Shown: positions 11,601 through 27,900, counted from the first letter of the stretch. The stretch is 64,000 nucleotides of DNA from Auanema rhodensis (GCA_964057225.1 OZ059899.1:18600001-18664000); one strand, 5' to 3'. Notes: generated from the sequence alone by a model not told the origin. Numbers and translations: made by a program.

Positions 11601-12920
11601 AAAAATTTCAAGATAATTTTGCAAAAAGTAGATGTTTTTAGATTCCTTTTTTCAAGGCAAAGACGATGGACAATGTTATTCAACGAAAAAATTAATTCTC
11701 CAGGGTGAAAATCGAGGATGTAAGTGTGAACTTATATCAGTTGATATCTCGGTGCATTTTTAAGCTAGCGCAAATCTGATAACACAGATCGACGCAGCGT
11801 AAAAATCCGCATCGAATGCACTATACAACATTGAGAAACGCTTAATACAAAAATTAGTTATGATCGTTTGAAAAATGATGCATTAGTGTATGTTGAGTTT
11901 CCATGTACACTCAACATTGCTTCCAAAAACATTTTTACAAAAATTTTTCCGGAAAATTTCGAAACAATTTTGCAAAAAGTAGATGTTTTTAGATTCCTTT
12001 TTCCAAGGCAAAGACGATGGACAATGTTATTCAACGAAAAAATTAATTCTCCAGGGTGAAAATCGAGGATGCAAGTGTGAACTTATATCAGTTGATATCT
12101 CGGTGCATTTTCAAGCTAGCGCAAATCTGATAACACAGATCGACGCAGCTTAAAAATCCGCATCGAATGCACTATACAACATTGAGAAACGCTTAATACA
12201 AAAATTAGTTATGATCGTTTGAAAAATGATGCATTAGTGTATGTTGAGTTTCCATGTACACTCAACATTGCTTCCAAAAACATTTTGACAAAAATTTTTC
12301 CGAAAAATTTCAAAATAATTTTGCAAAAAGTAGATGTTTTTAGATTCCTTTTTTCAAGGCAAAGACGATGGACAATGTTATTCAACGAAAAAATTAATTC
12401 TCCAGGGTGAAAATCGAGGATGTAAGTGTGAACTTATATCAGTTGATATCTCGGTGCATTTTTAAGCTAGCGCAAATCTGATAACACAGATCGACGCAGC
12501 GTAAAAATCCGCATCGAATGCACTATACAACATTGAGAAACGCTTAATACAAAAATTAGTTATGATCGTTTGAAAAATGATGCATTAGTGTATGTTGAGT
12601 TTCCATGTACACTCAACATTGCTTCCAAAAACATTTTGACAAAAATTTTTCCGGAAAATTTCGAAACAATTTCGCAAAAAGTAGATGTTTTTAGATTCCT
12701 TTTTCCAAGGCAAAGACGATGGACAATGTTATTCAACGAAAAAATTAATTCTCCAGGGTGAAAATCGAGGATATAAGTGTGAACTTATATCAGTTGATAT
12801 CTCGGTGCATTTTTAAGCTAGCGCAAATCTGATAACACAGATCGACGCAGCGTAAAAATCCGCATCGAATGCACTATACAACATTGAGAAACGCTTAATA
12901 CAAAAATTAGTTATGATCGT
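8631..12920 (+). repeat. Subfamily island B (~12 monomers) with private variants
   Basis: gcagcgtaaaa, cttttttccaagg-type (FPR in ORF track), ggatgcaagt, cattttcaagc and gaaaattttcg were seen only in this interval. Confidence 0.8.
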
Positions 12921-15900
12921 TTGAAAAATGATGCATTAGTGTATGTTGAGTTTCCATGTATACTCAACATTGCTTCCAAAAACATTTTGACAAAAATTTT
13001 TCCGAAAAATTTCAAAATAATTTTGCAAAAAGTAGATGTTTTTAGATTCCTTTTTTCAAGGCAAAGACGATGGACAATGTTATTCAACGAAAAAATTAAT
13101 TCTGCAGGGTGAAAATCGAGGATATAAGTGTGAACTTATATCAGTTGATATCTCGGTGCATTTTTAAGCTAGCGCAAATCTGATAACACAGATCGACGCA
13201 GCTTAAAAATCCGCATCGAATGCACTATACAACATTGAGAAACGCTTAATACAAAAATTAGTTATGATCGTTTGAAAAATGATGCATTAGTGTATGTTGA
13301 GTTTCCATGTACACTCAACATTGCTTCCAAAAACATTTTTACAAAAATTTTTCCGGAAAATTTCGAAACAATTTCGCAAAAAGTAGATGTTTTTAGATTC
13401 CTTTTTTCAAGGCAAAGACGATGGACAATGTTATTCAACAAAAAAATTAATTCTCCAGGGTGAAAATCGAGGATGTAAGTGTGAACTTATATCAGTTGAT
13501 ATCTCGGTGCATTTTTAAGCTAGCGCAAATCTGATAACACAGATCGACGCAGCTTAAAATTCCGCATCGAATGCACTATACAACATTGAGAAACGCTTAA
13601 TACAAAAATTAGTTATGATCGTTTGAAAAATGATGCATTAGTGTATGTTGAGTTTCCATGTACACTCAACATTGCTTCCAAAAACATTTTTACAAAAATT
13701 TTTCCGGAAAATTTCGAAACAATTTCGCAAAACGTAGATGTTTTTAGATTCCTTTTTTCAAAGCAAAGACGATGGACAATGTTATTCAACGAAAAAATTA
13801 ATTCTGCAGGGTGAAAATCGAGGATATAAGTGTGAACTTATATCAGTTGATATCTCGGTGCATTTTTAAGCTAGCGCAAATCTGATAACACAGATCGACG
13901 CAGCTTAAAAATCCGCATCGAATGCACTATACTACATTGAAGAACGCTTAATACAAAAATTAGTTATGATCGTTTGAAAAAAGATGCATTAGTGTATGTT
14001 GAGTTTCCATGTATACTCAACATTGCTTCCAAAAACATTTTGACAAAAATTTTTCCGAAAAATTTCAAAATAATTTTGCAAAAAGTAGATGTTTTTAGAT
14101 TCCTTTTTTCAAGGCAAAGACGATGGACAATGTTATTCAACGAAAAAATTAATTCTCCAGGGTGAAAATCGAGGATGTAATTGTGAACTTATATCAGTTG
14201 ATATCTCGGTGCATTTTTAAGCTAGCGCAAATCTGATAACACAGATCGACGCAGCTTAAAAATCCGCATCGAATGCACTATACAACATTGAGAAACGCTT
14301 AATACAAATATTAGTTATGATCGTTTGAAAAATGATGCATTAGTGTATGTTGAGTTTCCATGTACACTCAACATTGCTTTCAAAAACATTTTGACAAAAA
14401 TTTTTCCGAAAAATTTCAAAATAATTTTGCAAAAAGTAGATGTTTTTAGATTCCTTTTTTCAAGGCAAAGACGATGGACAATGTTATTCAACGAAAAAAT
14501 TAATTCTGCAGGGTGAAAATCGAGGATATAAGTGTGAACTTATATCAGTTGATATCTCGGTGCATTTTTAAGCTAGCGCAAATCTGATAACACAGATCGA
14601 CGCAGCTTAAAAATCCGCATCGAATGCACTATACAACATTGAGAAACGCTTAATACAAAAATTAGTTATGATCGTTTGAAAAATGATGCATTAGTGTATG
14701 TTGAGTTTCCATGTACACTCAACATTGCTTCCAAAAACATTTTTACAAAAATTTTTCCGGAAAATTTCGAAACAATTTCGCAAAAAGTAGATGTTTTTAG
14801 ATTCCTTTTTTCAAGGCAAAGACGATGGACAATGTTATTCAACAAAAAAATTAATTCTCCAGGGTGAAAATCGAGGATGTAAGTGTGAACTTATATCAGT
14901 TGATATCTCGGTGCATTTTTAAGCTAGCGCAAATCTGATAACACAGATCGACGCAGCTTAGAAATCCGCATCGAATGCACTATACAACATTGAGAAACGC
15001 TTAATACAAAAATTAGTTATGATCGTTTGAAAAATGATGCATTAGTGTATGTTGAGTTTCCATGTACACTCAACATTGCTTTCAAAAACATTTTGACAAA
15101 AATTTTTCCGAAAAATTTCAAAATAATTTTGCAAAAAGTAGATGTTTTTAGATTCCTTTTTTCAAGGCAAAGACGATGGACAATGTTATTCAACGAAAAA
15201 ATTAATTCTGCAGGGTGAAAATCGAGGATATAAGTGTGAACTTATATCAGTTGATATCTCGGTGCATTTTTAAGCTAGCGCAAATCTGATAACACAGATC
15301 GACGCAGCTTAAAAATCCGCATCGAATGCACTATACAACATTGAGAAACGCTTAATACAAAAATTAGTTATGATCGTTTGAAAAATGATGCATTAGTGTA
15401 TGTTGAGTTTCCATGTACACTCAACATTGCTTCCAAAAACATTTTTACAAAAATTTTTCCGGAAAATTTCGAAACAATTTCGCAAAAAGTAGATGTTTTT
15501 AGATTCCTTTTTTCAAGGCAAAGACGATGGACAATGTTATTCAACAAAAAAATTAATTCTCCAGGGTGAAAATCGAGGATGTAAGTGTGAACTTATATCA
15601 GTTGATATCTCGGTGCATTTTTAAGCTAGCGCAAATCTGATAACACAGATCGACGCAGCTTAAAATTCCGCATCGAATGCACTATACAACATTGAGAAAC
15701 GCTTAATACAAAAATTAGTTATGATCGTTTGAAAAATGATGCATTAGTGTATGTTGAGTTTCCATGTACACTCAACATTGCTTCCAAAAACATTTTTACA
15801 AAAATTTTTCCGGAAAATTTCGAAACAATTTCGCAAAAAGTAGATGTTTTTAGATTCCTTTTTTCAAGGCAAAGACGATGGACAATGTTATTCAACGAAA

Positions 15901-18900
15901 AAATTAATTCTGCAGGGTGAAAATCGAGGATATAAGTGTGAACTTATATCAGTTGATATCTCGGTGCATTTTTAAGCTAGCGCAAATCTGATAACACAGA
16001 TCGACGCAGCTTAAAAATCCGCATCGAATGCACTATACTACATTGAAAAACGCTTAATACAAAAATTAGTTATGATCGTTTGAAAAAAGATGCATTAGTG
16101 TATGTTGAGTTTCCATGTATACTCAACATTGCTTCCAAAAACATTTTGACAAAAATTTTTCCGAAAAATTTCAAAATAATTTCGCAAAAAGGAGATGTTT
16201 TTAGATTCCTTTTTTCAAGGCAAAGACGATGGACAAAGTTATTCAACGAAAAAATTAATTCTGCAGGGTGAAAATCGAGGATATAAGTGTGAACTTATAT
16301 CAGTTGATATCTCGGTGCATTTTTAAGCTAGCGCAAATCTGATAACACAGATCGACGCAGCTTAAAAATCCGCATCGAATGCACTATACAACAGTGAGAA
16401 ACGCTTAATACAAAAATTAGTTATGATCGTTTGAAAAATGATGCATTAGTGTATGTTGAGTTTCCATGTACACTCAACATTGCTTCCAAAAACATTTTGA
16501 CAAAAATTTTTCCGAAAAATTTCAAAATAATTTTGCAAAAAGTAGATGTTTTTAGATTCCTTTTTTCAAGGCAAAGACGATGGACAATGTTATTCAACGA
16601 AAAAATTAATTCTCCAGGGTGAAAATCGAGGATGTAATTGTGAACTTATATCAGTTGATATCTCGGTGCATTTTTAAGCTAGCGCAAATCTGATAACACA
16701 GATCGACGCAGCTTAAAAATCCGCATCGAATGCACTATACAACATTGAGAAACGCTTAATACAAAAATTAGTTATGATCGTTTGAAAAATGATGCATTAG
16801 TGTATGTTGAGTTTCCATGTACACTCAACATTGCTTCCAAAAACATTTTGACAAAAATTTTTCCGAAAAATTTCAAAATAATTTTGCAAAAAGTAGATGT
16901 TTTTAGATTCCTTTTTTCAAGGCAAAGACGATGGACAATGTTATTCAACAAAAAAATTAATTCTCCAGGGTGAAAATCGAGGATGTAAGTGTGAACTTAT
17001 ATCAGTTGATATCTCGGTGCATTTTTAAGCTAGCGCAAATCTGATAACACAGATCGACGCAGCTTAAAATTCCGCATCGAATGCACTATACAACATTGAG
17101 AAACGCTTAATACAAAAATTAGTTATGATCGTTTGAAAAATGATGCATTAGTGTATGTTGAGTTTCCATGTACACTCAACATTGCTTCCAAAAACATTTT
17201 TACAAAAATTTTTCCGGAAAATTTCGAAACAATTTCGCAAAAAGTAGATGTTTTTAGATTCCTTTTTTCAAGGCAAAGACGATGGACAATGTTATTCAAC
17301 AAAAAAATTAATTCTCCAGGGTGAAAATCGAGGATGTAAGTGTGAACTTATATCAGTTGATATCTCGGTGCATTTTTAAGCTAGCGCAAATCTGATAACA
17401 CAGATCGACGCAGCTTAAAATTCCGCATCGAATGCACTATACAACATTGAGAAACGCTTAATACAAAAATTAGTTATGATCGTTTGAAAAATGATGCATT
17501 AGTGTATGTTGAGTTTCCATGTACACTCAACATTGCTTCCAAAAACATTTTTACAAAAATTTTTCCGGAAAATTTCGAAACAATTTCGCAAAAAGTAGAT
17601 GTTTTTAGATTCCTTTTTTCAAGGCAAAGACGATGGACAATGTTATTCAACAAAAAAATTAATTCTCCAGGGTGAAAATCGAGGATGTAAGTGTGAACTT
17701 ATATCAGTTGATATCTCGGTGCATTTTTAAGCTAGCGCAAATCTGATAACACAGATCGACGCAGCTTAAAATTCCGCATCGAATGCACTATACAACATTG
17801 AGAAACGCTTAATACAAAAATTAGTTATGATCGTTTGAAAAATGATGCATTAGTGTATGTTGAGTTTCCATGTACACTCAACATTGCTTCCAAAAACATT
17901 TTTACAAAAATTTTTCCGGAAAATTTCGAAACAATTTCGCAAAAAGTAGATGTTTTTAGATTCCTTTTTTCAAGGCAAAGACGATGGACAATGTTATTCA
18001 ACGAAAAAATTAATTCTGCAGGGTGAAAATCGAGGATATAAGTGTGAACTTATATCAGTTGATATCTCGGTGCATTTTTAAGCTAGCGCAAATCTGATAA
18101 CACAGATCGACGCAGCTTAAAAATCCGCATCGAATGCACTATACTACATTGAAAAACGCTTAATACAAAAATTAGTTATGATCGTTTGAAAAAAGATGCA
18201 TTAGTGTATGTTGAGTTTCCATGTATACTCAACATTGCTTCCAAAAACATTTTGACAAAAATTTTTCCGAAAAATTTCAAAATAATTTCGCAAAAAGGAG
18301 ATGTTTTTAGATTCCTTTTTTCAAGGCAAAGACGATGGACAAAGTTATTCAACGAAAAAATTAATTCTGCAGGGTGAAAATCGAGGATATAAGTGTGAAC
18401 TTATATCAGTTGATATCTCGGTGCATTTTTAAGCTAGCGCAAATCTGATAACACAGATCGACGCAGCTTAAAAATCCGCATCGAATGCACTATACAACAG
18501 TGAGAAACGCTTAATACAAAAATTAGTTATGATCGTTTGAAAAATGATGCATTAGTGTATGTTGAGTTTCCATGTACACTCAACATTGCTTCCAAAAACA
18601 TTTTGACAAAAATTTTTCCGAAAAATTTCAAAATAATTTTGCAAAAAGTAGATGTTTTTAGATTCCTTTTTTCAAGGCAAAGACGATGGACAATGTTATT
18701 CAACGAAAAAATTAATTCTCCAGGGTGAAAATCGAGGATGTAATTGTGAACTTATATCAGTTGATATCTCGGTACATTTTTAAGCTAGCGCAAATCTGAT
18801 AACACAGATCGACGCAGCTTAAAAATCCGCATCGAATGCACTATACAACATTGAGAAACGCTTAATACAAAAATTAGTTATGATCGTTTGAAAAATGATG

Positions 18901-21900
18901 CATTAGTGTATGTTGAGTTTCCATGTACACTCAACATTGCTTTCAAAAACATTTTGACAAAAATTTTTCCGAAAAATTTCAAAATAATTTTGCAAAAAGT
19001 AGATGTTTTTAGATTCCTTTTTTCAAGGCAAAGACGATGGACAATGTTATTCAACGAAAAAATTAATTCTGCAGGGTGAAAATCGAGGATATAAGTGTGA
19101 ACTTATATCAGTTGATATCTCGGTGCATTTTTAAGCTAGCGCAAATCTGATAACACAGATCGACGCAGCTTAAAAATCCGCATCGAATGCACTATACAAC
19201 ATTGAGAAACGCTTAATACAAAAATTAGTTATGATCGTTTGAAAAATGATGCATTAGTGTATGTTGAGTTTCCATGTACACTCAACATTGCTTCCAAAAA
19301 CATTTTTACAAAAATTTTTCCGGAAAATTTCGAAACAATTTCGCAAAAAGTAGATGTTTTTAGATTCCTTTTTTCAAGGCAAAGACGATGGACAATGTTA
19401 TTCAACAAAAAAATTAATTCTCCACGGTGAAAATCGAGGATGTAAGTGTGAACTTATATCAGTTGATATCTCGGTGCATTTTTAAGCTAGCGCAAATCTG
19501 ATAACACAGATCGACGCAGCTTAAAATTCCGCATCGAATGCACTATACAACATTGAGAAACGCTTAATACAAAAATTAGTTATGATCGTTTGAAAAATGA
19601 TGCATTAGTGTATGTTGAGTTTCCATGTACACTCAACATTGCTTCCAAAAACATTTTTACAAAAATTTTTCCGGAAAATTTCGAAACAATTTCGCAAAAA
19701 GTAGATGTTTTTAGATTCCTTTTTTCAAGGCAAAGACGATGGACAATGTTATTCAACAAAAAAATTAATTCTCCAGGGTGAAAATCGAGGATGTAAGTGT
19801 GAACTTATATCAGTTGATATCTCGGTGCATTTTTAAGCTAGCGCAAATCTGATAACACAGATCGACGCAGCTTAAAATTCCGCATCGAATGCACTATACA
19901 ACATTGAGAAACGCTTAATACAAAAATTAGTTATGATCGTTTGAAAAATGATGCATTAGTGTATGTTGAGTTTCCATGTACACTCAACATTGCTTCCAAA
20001 AACATTTTTACAAAAATTTTTCCGGAAAATTTCGAAACAATTTCGCAAAAAGTAGATGTTTTTAGATTCCTTTTTTCAAGGCAAAGACGATGGACAATGT
20101 TATTCAACGAAAAAATTAATTCTGCAGGGTGAAAATCGAGGATATAAGTGTGAACTTATATCAGTTGATATCTCGGTGCATTTTTAAGCTAGCGCAAATC
20201 TGATAACACAGATCGACGCAGCTTAAAAATCCGCATCGAATGCACTATACTACATTGAAAAACGCTTAATACAAAAATTAGTTATGATCGTTTGAAAAAA
20301 GATGCATTAGTGTATGTTGAGTTTCCATGTATACTCAACATTGCTTCCAAAAACATTTTGACAAAAATTTTTCCGAAAAATTTCAAAATAATTTTGCAAA
20401 AAGTAGATGTTTTTAGATTCCTTTTTTCAAGGCAAAGACGATGGACAATGTTATTCAACGAAAAAATTAATTCTCCAGGGTGAAAATCGAGGATGTAATT
20501 GTGAACTTATATCAGTTGATATCTCGGTGCATTTTTAAGCTAGCGCAAATCTGATAACACAGATCGACGCAGCTTAAAAATCCGCATCGAATGCACTATA
20601 CAACATTGAGAAACGCTTAATACAAATATTAGTTATGATCGTTTGAAAAATGATGCATTAGTGTATGTTGAGTTTCCATGTACACTCAACATTGCTTTCA
20701 AAAACATTTTGACAAAAATTTTTCCGAAAAATTTCAAAATAATTTTGCAAAAAGTAGATGTTTTTAGATTCCTTTTTTCAAGGCAAAGACGATGGACAAT
20801 GTTATTCAACGAAAAAATTAATTCTGCAGGGTGAAAATCGAGGATATAAGTGTGAACTTATATCAGTTGATATCTCGGTGCATTTTTAAGCTAGCGCAAA
20901 TCTGATAACACAGATCGACGCAGCTTAAAATTCCGCATCGAATGCACTATACAACATTGAGAAACGCTTAATACAAAAATTAGTTATGATCGTTTGAAAA
21001 ATGATGCATTAGTGTATGTTGAGTTTCCATGTACACTCAACATTGCTTCCAAAAACATTTTTACAAAAATTTTTCCGGAAAATTTCGAAACAATTTCGCA
21101 AAAAGTAGATGTTTTTAGATTCCTTTTTTCAAGGCAAAGACGATGGACAATGTTATTCAACAAAAAAATTAATTCTCCAGGGTGAAAATCGAGGATGTAA
21201 GTGTGAACTTATATCAGTTGATATCTCGGTGCATTTTTAAGCTAGCGCAAATCTGATAACACAGATCGACGCAGCTTAAAATTCCGCATCGAATGCACTA
21301 TACAACATTGAGAAACGCTTAATACAAAAATTAGTTATGATCGTTTGAAAAATGATGCATTAGTGTATGTTGAGTTTCCATGTACACTCAACATTGCTTC
21401 CAAAAACATTTTTACAAAAATTTTTCCGGAAAATTTCGAAACAATTTCGCAAAAAGTAGATGTTTTTAGATTCCTTTTTTCAAGGCAAAGACGATGGACA
21501 ATGTTATTCAACGAAAAAATTAATTCTGCAGGGTGAAAATCGAGGATATAAGTGTGAACTTATATCAGTTGATATCTCGGTGCATTTTTAAGCTAGCGCA
21601 AATCTGATAACACAGATCGACGCAGCTTAAAAATCCGCATCGAATGCACTATACTACATTGAAAAACGCTTAATACAAAAATTAGTTATGATCGTTTGAA
21701 AAAAGATGCATTAGTGTATGTTGAGTTTCCATGTATACTCAACATTGCTTCCAAAAACATTTTGACAAAAATTTTTCCGAAAAATTTCAAAATAATTTTG
21801 CAAAAAGTAGATGTTTTTAGATTCCTTTTTTCAAGGCAAAGACGATGGACAATGTTATTCAACGAAAAAATTAATTCTCCAGGGTGAAAATCGAGGATGT

Positions 21901-24900
21901 AATTGTGAACTTATATCAGTTGATATCTCGGTGCATTTTTAAGCTAGCGCAAATCTGATAACACAGATCGACGCAGCTTAAAAATCCGCATCGAATGCAC
22001 TATACTACATTGAAAAACGCTTAATACAAAAATTAGTTATGATCGTTTGAAAAAAGATGCATTAGTGTATGTTGAGTTTCCATGTATACTCAACATTGCT
22101 TCCAAAAACATTTTGACAAAAATTTTTCCGAAAAATTTCAAAATAATTTTGCAAAAAGTAGATGTTTTTAGATTCCTTTTTTCAAGGCAAAGACGATGGA
22201 CAATGTTATTCAACGAAAAAATTAATTCTCCAGGGTGAAAATCGAGGATGTAATTGTGAACTTATATCAGTTGATATCTCGGTGCATTTTTGAGCTAGCG
22301 CAAATCTGATAACACAGATCGACGCAGCTTAAAAATCCGCATCGAATGCACTATACAACATTGAGAAACGCTTAATACAAATATTAGTTATGATCGTTTG
22401 AAAAATGATGCATTAGTCTATGTTGAGTTTCCATGTACACTCAACATTGCTTTCAAAAACATTTTGACAAAAATTTTTCCGAAAAATTTCAAAATAATTT
22501 TGCAAAAAGTAGATGTTTTTAGATTCCTTTTTTCAAGGCAAAGACGATGGACAATGTTATTCAACGAAAAAATTAATTCTGCAGGGTGAAAATCGAGGAT
22601 ATAAGTGTGAACTTATATCAGTTGATATCTCGGTGCATTTTTAAGCTAGCGCAAATCTGATAACACAGATCGACGCAGCTTAAAAATCCGCATCGAATGC
22701 ACTATACAACATTGAGAAACGCTTAATACAAAAATTAGTTATGATCGTTTGAAAAATGATGCATTAGTGTATGTTGAGTTTCCATGTACACTCAACATTG
22801 CTTCCAAAAACATTTTTACAAAAATTTTTCCGGAAAATTTCGAAACAATTTCGCAAAAAGTAGATGTTTTTAGATTCCTTTTTTCAAGGCAAAGACGATG
22901 GACAATGTTATTCAACAAAAAAATTAATTCTCCAGGGTGAAAATCGAGGATGTAAGTGTGAACTTATATCAGTTGATATCTCGGTGCATTTTTAAGCTAG
23001 CGCAAATCTGATAACACAGATCGACGCAGCTTAAAATTCCGCATCGAATGCACTATACAACATTGAGAAACGCTTAATACAAAAATTAGTTATGATCGTT
23101 TGAAAAATGATGCATTAGTGTATGTTGAGTTTCCATGTACACTCAACATTGCTTCCAAAAACATTTTTACAAAAATTTTTCCGGAAAATTTCGAAACAAT
23201 TTCGCAAAAAGTAGATGTTTTTAGATTCCTTTTTTCAAGGCAAAGACGATGGACAATGTTATTCAACGAAAAAATTAATTCTGCAGGGTGAAAATCGAGG
23301 ATATAAGTGTGAACTTATATCAGTTGATATCTCGGTGCATTTTTAAGCTAGCGCAAATCTGATAACACAGATCGACGCAGCTTAAAAATCCGCATCGAAT
23401 GCACTATACTACATTGAAAAACGCTTAATACAAAAATTAGTTATGATCGTTTGAAAAAAGATGCATTAGTGTATGTTGAGTTTCCATGTATACTCAACAT
23501 TGCTTCCAAAAACATTTTGACAAAAATTTTTCCGAAAAATTTCAAAATAATTTCGCAAAAAGGAGATGTTTTTAGATTCCTTTTTTCAAGGCAAAGACGA
23601 TGGACAAAGTTATTCAACGAAAAAATTAATTCTGCAGGGTGAAAATCGAGGATATAAGTGTGAACTTATATCAGTTGATATCTCGGTGCATTTTTAAGCT
23701 AGCGCAAATCTGATAACACAGATCGACGCAGCTTAAAAATCCGCATCGAATGCACTATACAACAGTGAGAAACGCTTAATACAAAAATTAGTTATGATCG
23801 TTTGAAAAATGATGCATTAGTGTATGTTGAGTTTCCATGTACACTCAACATTGCTTCCAAAAACATTTTGACAAAAATTTTTCCGAAAAATTTCAAAATA
23901 ATTTTGCAAAAAGTAGATGTTTTTAGATTCCTTTTTTCAAGGCAAAGACGATGGACAATGTTATTCAACGAAAAAATTAATTCTCCAGGGTGAAAATCGA
24001 GGATGTAATTGTGAACTTATATCAGTTGATATCTCGGTGCATTTTTAAGCTAGCGCAAATCTGATAACACAGATCGACGCAGCTTAAAAATCCGCATCGA
24101 ATGCACTATACAACATTGAGAAATGCTTAATACAAAAATTAGTTATGATCGTTTGAAAAATGATGCATTAGTGTATGTTGAGTTTCCATGTACACTCAAC
24201 ATTGCTTCCAAAAACATTTTTACAAAAATTTTTCCGGAAAATTTCGAAACAATTTCGCAAAAAGTAGATGTTTTTAGATTCCTTTTTTCAAGGCAAAGAC
24301 GATGGACAATGTTATTCAACAAAAAAATTAATTCTCCAGGGTGAAAATCGAGGATGTAAGTGTGAACTTATATCAGTTGATATCTCGGTGCATTTTTAAG
24401 CTAGCGCAAATCTGATAACACAGATCGACGCAGCTTAAAAATCCGCATCGAATGCACTATACAACATTGAGAAATGCTTAATACAAAAATTAGTTATGAT
24501 CGTTTGAAAAATGATGCATTAGTGTATGTTGAGTTTCCATGTACACTCAACATTGCTTCCAAAAACATTTTTACAAAAATTTTTCCGGAAAATTTCGAAA
24601 CAATTTCGCAAAAAGTAGATGTTTTTAGATTCCTTTTTTCAAGGCAAAGACGATGGACAATGTTATTCAACAAAAAAATTAATTCTCCAGGGTGAAAATC
24701 GAGGATGTAATTGTGAACTTATATCAGTTGATATCTCGGTGCATTTTTAAGCTAGCGCAAATCTGATAACACAGATCGACGCAGCTTAAAAATCCGCATC
24801 GAATGCACTATACTACATTGAAAAACGCTTAATACAAAAATTAGTTATGATCGTTTGAAAAAAGATGCATTAGTGTATGTTGAGTTTCCATGTATACTCA

Positions 24901-27900
24901 ACATTGCTTCCAAAAACATTTTGACAAAAATTTTTCCGGAAAATTTCGAAACAATTTCGCAAAAAGTAGATGTTTTTAGATTCCTTTTTTCAAGGCAAAG
25001 ACGATGGACAATGTTATTCAACGAAAAAATTAATTCTGCAGGGTGAAAATCGAGGATATAAGTGTGAACTTATATCAGTTGATATCTCGGTGCATTTTTA
25101 AGCTAGCGCAAATCTGATAACACAGATCGACGCAGCTTAAAAATCCGCATCGAATGCACTATACTACATTGAAAAACGCTTAATACAAAAATTAGTTATG
25201 ATCGTTTGAAAAAAGATGCATTAGTGTATGTTGAGTTTCCATGTATACTCAACATTGCTTCCAAAAACATTTTGACAAAAATTTTTCCGAAAAATTTCAA
25301 AATAATTTTGCAAAAAGTAGATGTTTTTAGATTCCTTTTTTCAAGGCAAAGACGATGGACAATGTTATTCAACGAAAAAATTAATTCTCCAGGGTGAAAA
25401 TCGAGGATGTAATTGTGAACTTATATCAGTTGATATCTCGGTGCATTTTTAAGCTAGCGCAAATCTGATAACACAGATCGACGCAGCTTAAAAATCCGCA
25501 TCGAATGCACTATACTACATTGAAAAACGCTTAATACAAAAATTAGTTATGATCGTTTGAAAAAAGATGCATTAGTGTATGTTGAGTTTCCATGTATACT
25601 CAACATTGCTTCCAAAAACATTTTGACAAAAATTTTTCCGAAAAATTTCAAAATAATTTTGCAAAAAGTAGATGTTTTTAGATTCCTTTTTTCAAGGCAA
25701 AGACGATGGACAATGTTATTCAACGAAAAAATTAATTCTCCAGGGTGAAAATCGAGGATGTAATTGTGAACTTATATCAGTTGATATCTCGGTGCATTTT
25801 TAAGCTAGCGCAAATCTGATAACACAGATCGACGCAGCTTAAAAATCCGCATCGAATGCACTATACAACATTGAGAAACGCTTAATACAAATATTAGTTA
25901 TGATCGTTTGAAAAATGATGCATTAGTCTATGTTGAGTTTCCATGTACACTCAACATTGCTTTCAAAAACATTTTGACAAAAATTTTTCCGAAAAATTTC
26001 AAAATAATTTTGCAAAAAGTAGATGTTTTTAGATTCCTTTTTTCAAGGCAAAGACGATGGACAATGTTATTCAACGAAAAAATTAATTCTGCAGGGTGAA
26101 AATCGAGGATATAAGTGTGAACTTATATCAGTTGATATCTCGGTGCATTTTTAAGCTAGCGCAAATCTGATAACACAGATCGACGCAGCTTAAAAATCCG
26201 CATCGAATGCACTATACAACATTGAGAAACGCTTAATACAAAAATTAGTTATGATCGTTTGAAAAATGATGCATTAGTGTATGTTGAGTTTCCATGTACA
26301 CTCAACATTGCTTCCAAAAACATTTTTACAAAAATTTTTCCGGAAAATTTCGAAACAATTTCGCAAAAAGTAGATGTTTTTAGATTCCTTTTTTCAAGGC
26401 AAAGACGATGGACAATGTTATTCAACAAAAAAATTAATTCTCCAGGGTGAAAATCGAGGATGTAAGTGTGAACTTATATCAGTTGATATCTCGGTGCATT
26501 TTTAAGCTAGCGCAAATCTGATAACACAGATCGACGCAGCTTAAAATTCCGCATCGAATGCACTATACAACATTGAGAAACGCTTAATACAAAAATTAGT
26601 TATGATCGTTTGAAAAATGATGCATTAGTGTATGTTGAGTTTCCATGTACACTCAACATTGCTTCCAAAAACATTTTTACAAAAATTTTTCCGGAAAATT
26701 TCGAAACAATTTCGCAAAAAGTAGATGTTTTTAGATTCCTTTTTTCAAGGCAAAGACGATGGACAATGTTATTCAACGAAAAAATTAATTCTGCAGGGTG
26801 AAAATCGAGGATATAAGTGTGAACTTATATCAGTTGATATCTCGGTGCATTTTTAAGCTAGCGCAAATCTGATAACACAGATCGACGCAGCTTAAAAATC
26901 CGCATCGAATGCACTATACTACATTGAAAAACGCTTAATACAAAAATTAGTTATGATCGTTTGAAAAAAGATGCATTAGTGTATGTTGAGTTTCCATGTA
27001 TACTCAACATTGCTTCCAAAAACATTTTGACAAAAATTTTTCCGAAAAATTTCAAAATAATTTCGCAAAAAGGAGATGTTTTTAGATTCCTTTTTTCAAG
27101 GCAAAGACGATGGACAAAGTTATTCAACGAAAAAATTAATTCTGCAGGGTGAAAATCGAGGATATAAGTGTGAACTTATATCAGTTGATATCTCGGTGCA
27201 TTTTTAAGCTAGCGCAAATCTGATAACACAGATCGACGCAGCTTAAAAATCCGCATCGAATGCACTATACAACAGTGAGAAACGCTTAATACAAAAATTA
27301 GTTATGATCGTTTGAAAAATGATGCATTAGTGTATGTTGAGTTTCCATGTACACTCAACATTGCTTCCAAAAACATTTTGACAAAAATTTTTCCGAAAAA
27401 TTTCAAAATAATTTTGCAAAAAGTAGATGTTTTTAGATTCCTTTTTTCAAGGCAAAGACGATGGACAATGTTATTCAACGAAAAAATTAATTCTCCAGGG
27501 TGAAAATCGAGGATGTAATTGTGAACTTATATCAGTTGATATCTCGGTGCATTTTTAAGCTAGCGCAAATCTGATAACACAGATCGACGCAGCTTAAAAA
27601 TCCGCATCGAATGCACTATACAACATTGAGAAATGCTTAATACAAAAATTAGTTATGATCGTTTGAAAAATGATGCATTAGTGTATGTTGAGTTTCCATG
27701 TATACTCAACATTGCTTCCAAAAACATTTTGACAAAAATTTTTCCGAAAAATTTCAAAATAATTTTGCAAAAAGTAGATGTTTTTAGATTCCTTTTTTCA
27801 AGGCAAAGACGATGGACAATGTTATTCAACGAAAAAATTAATTCTCCAGGGTGAAAATCGAGGATGTAATTGTGAACTTATATCAGTTGATATCTCGGTG

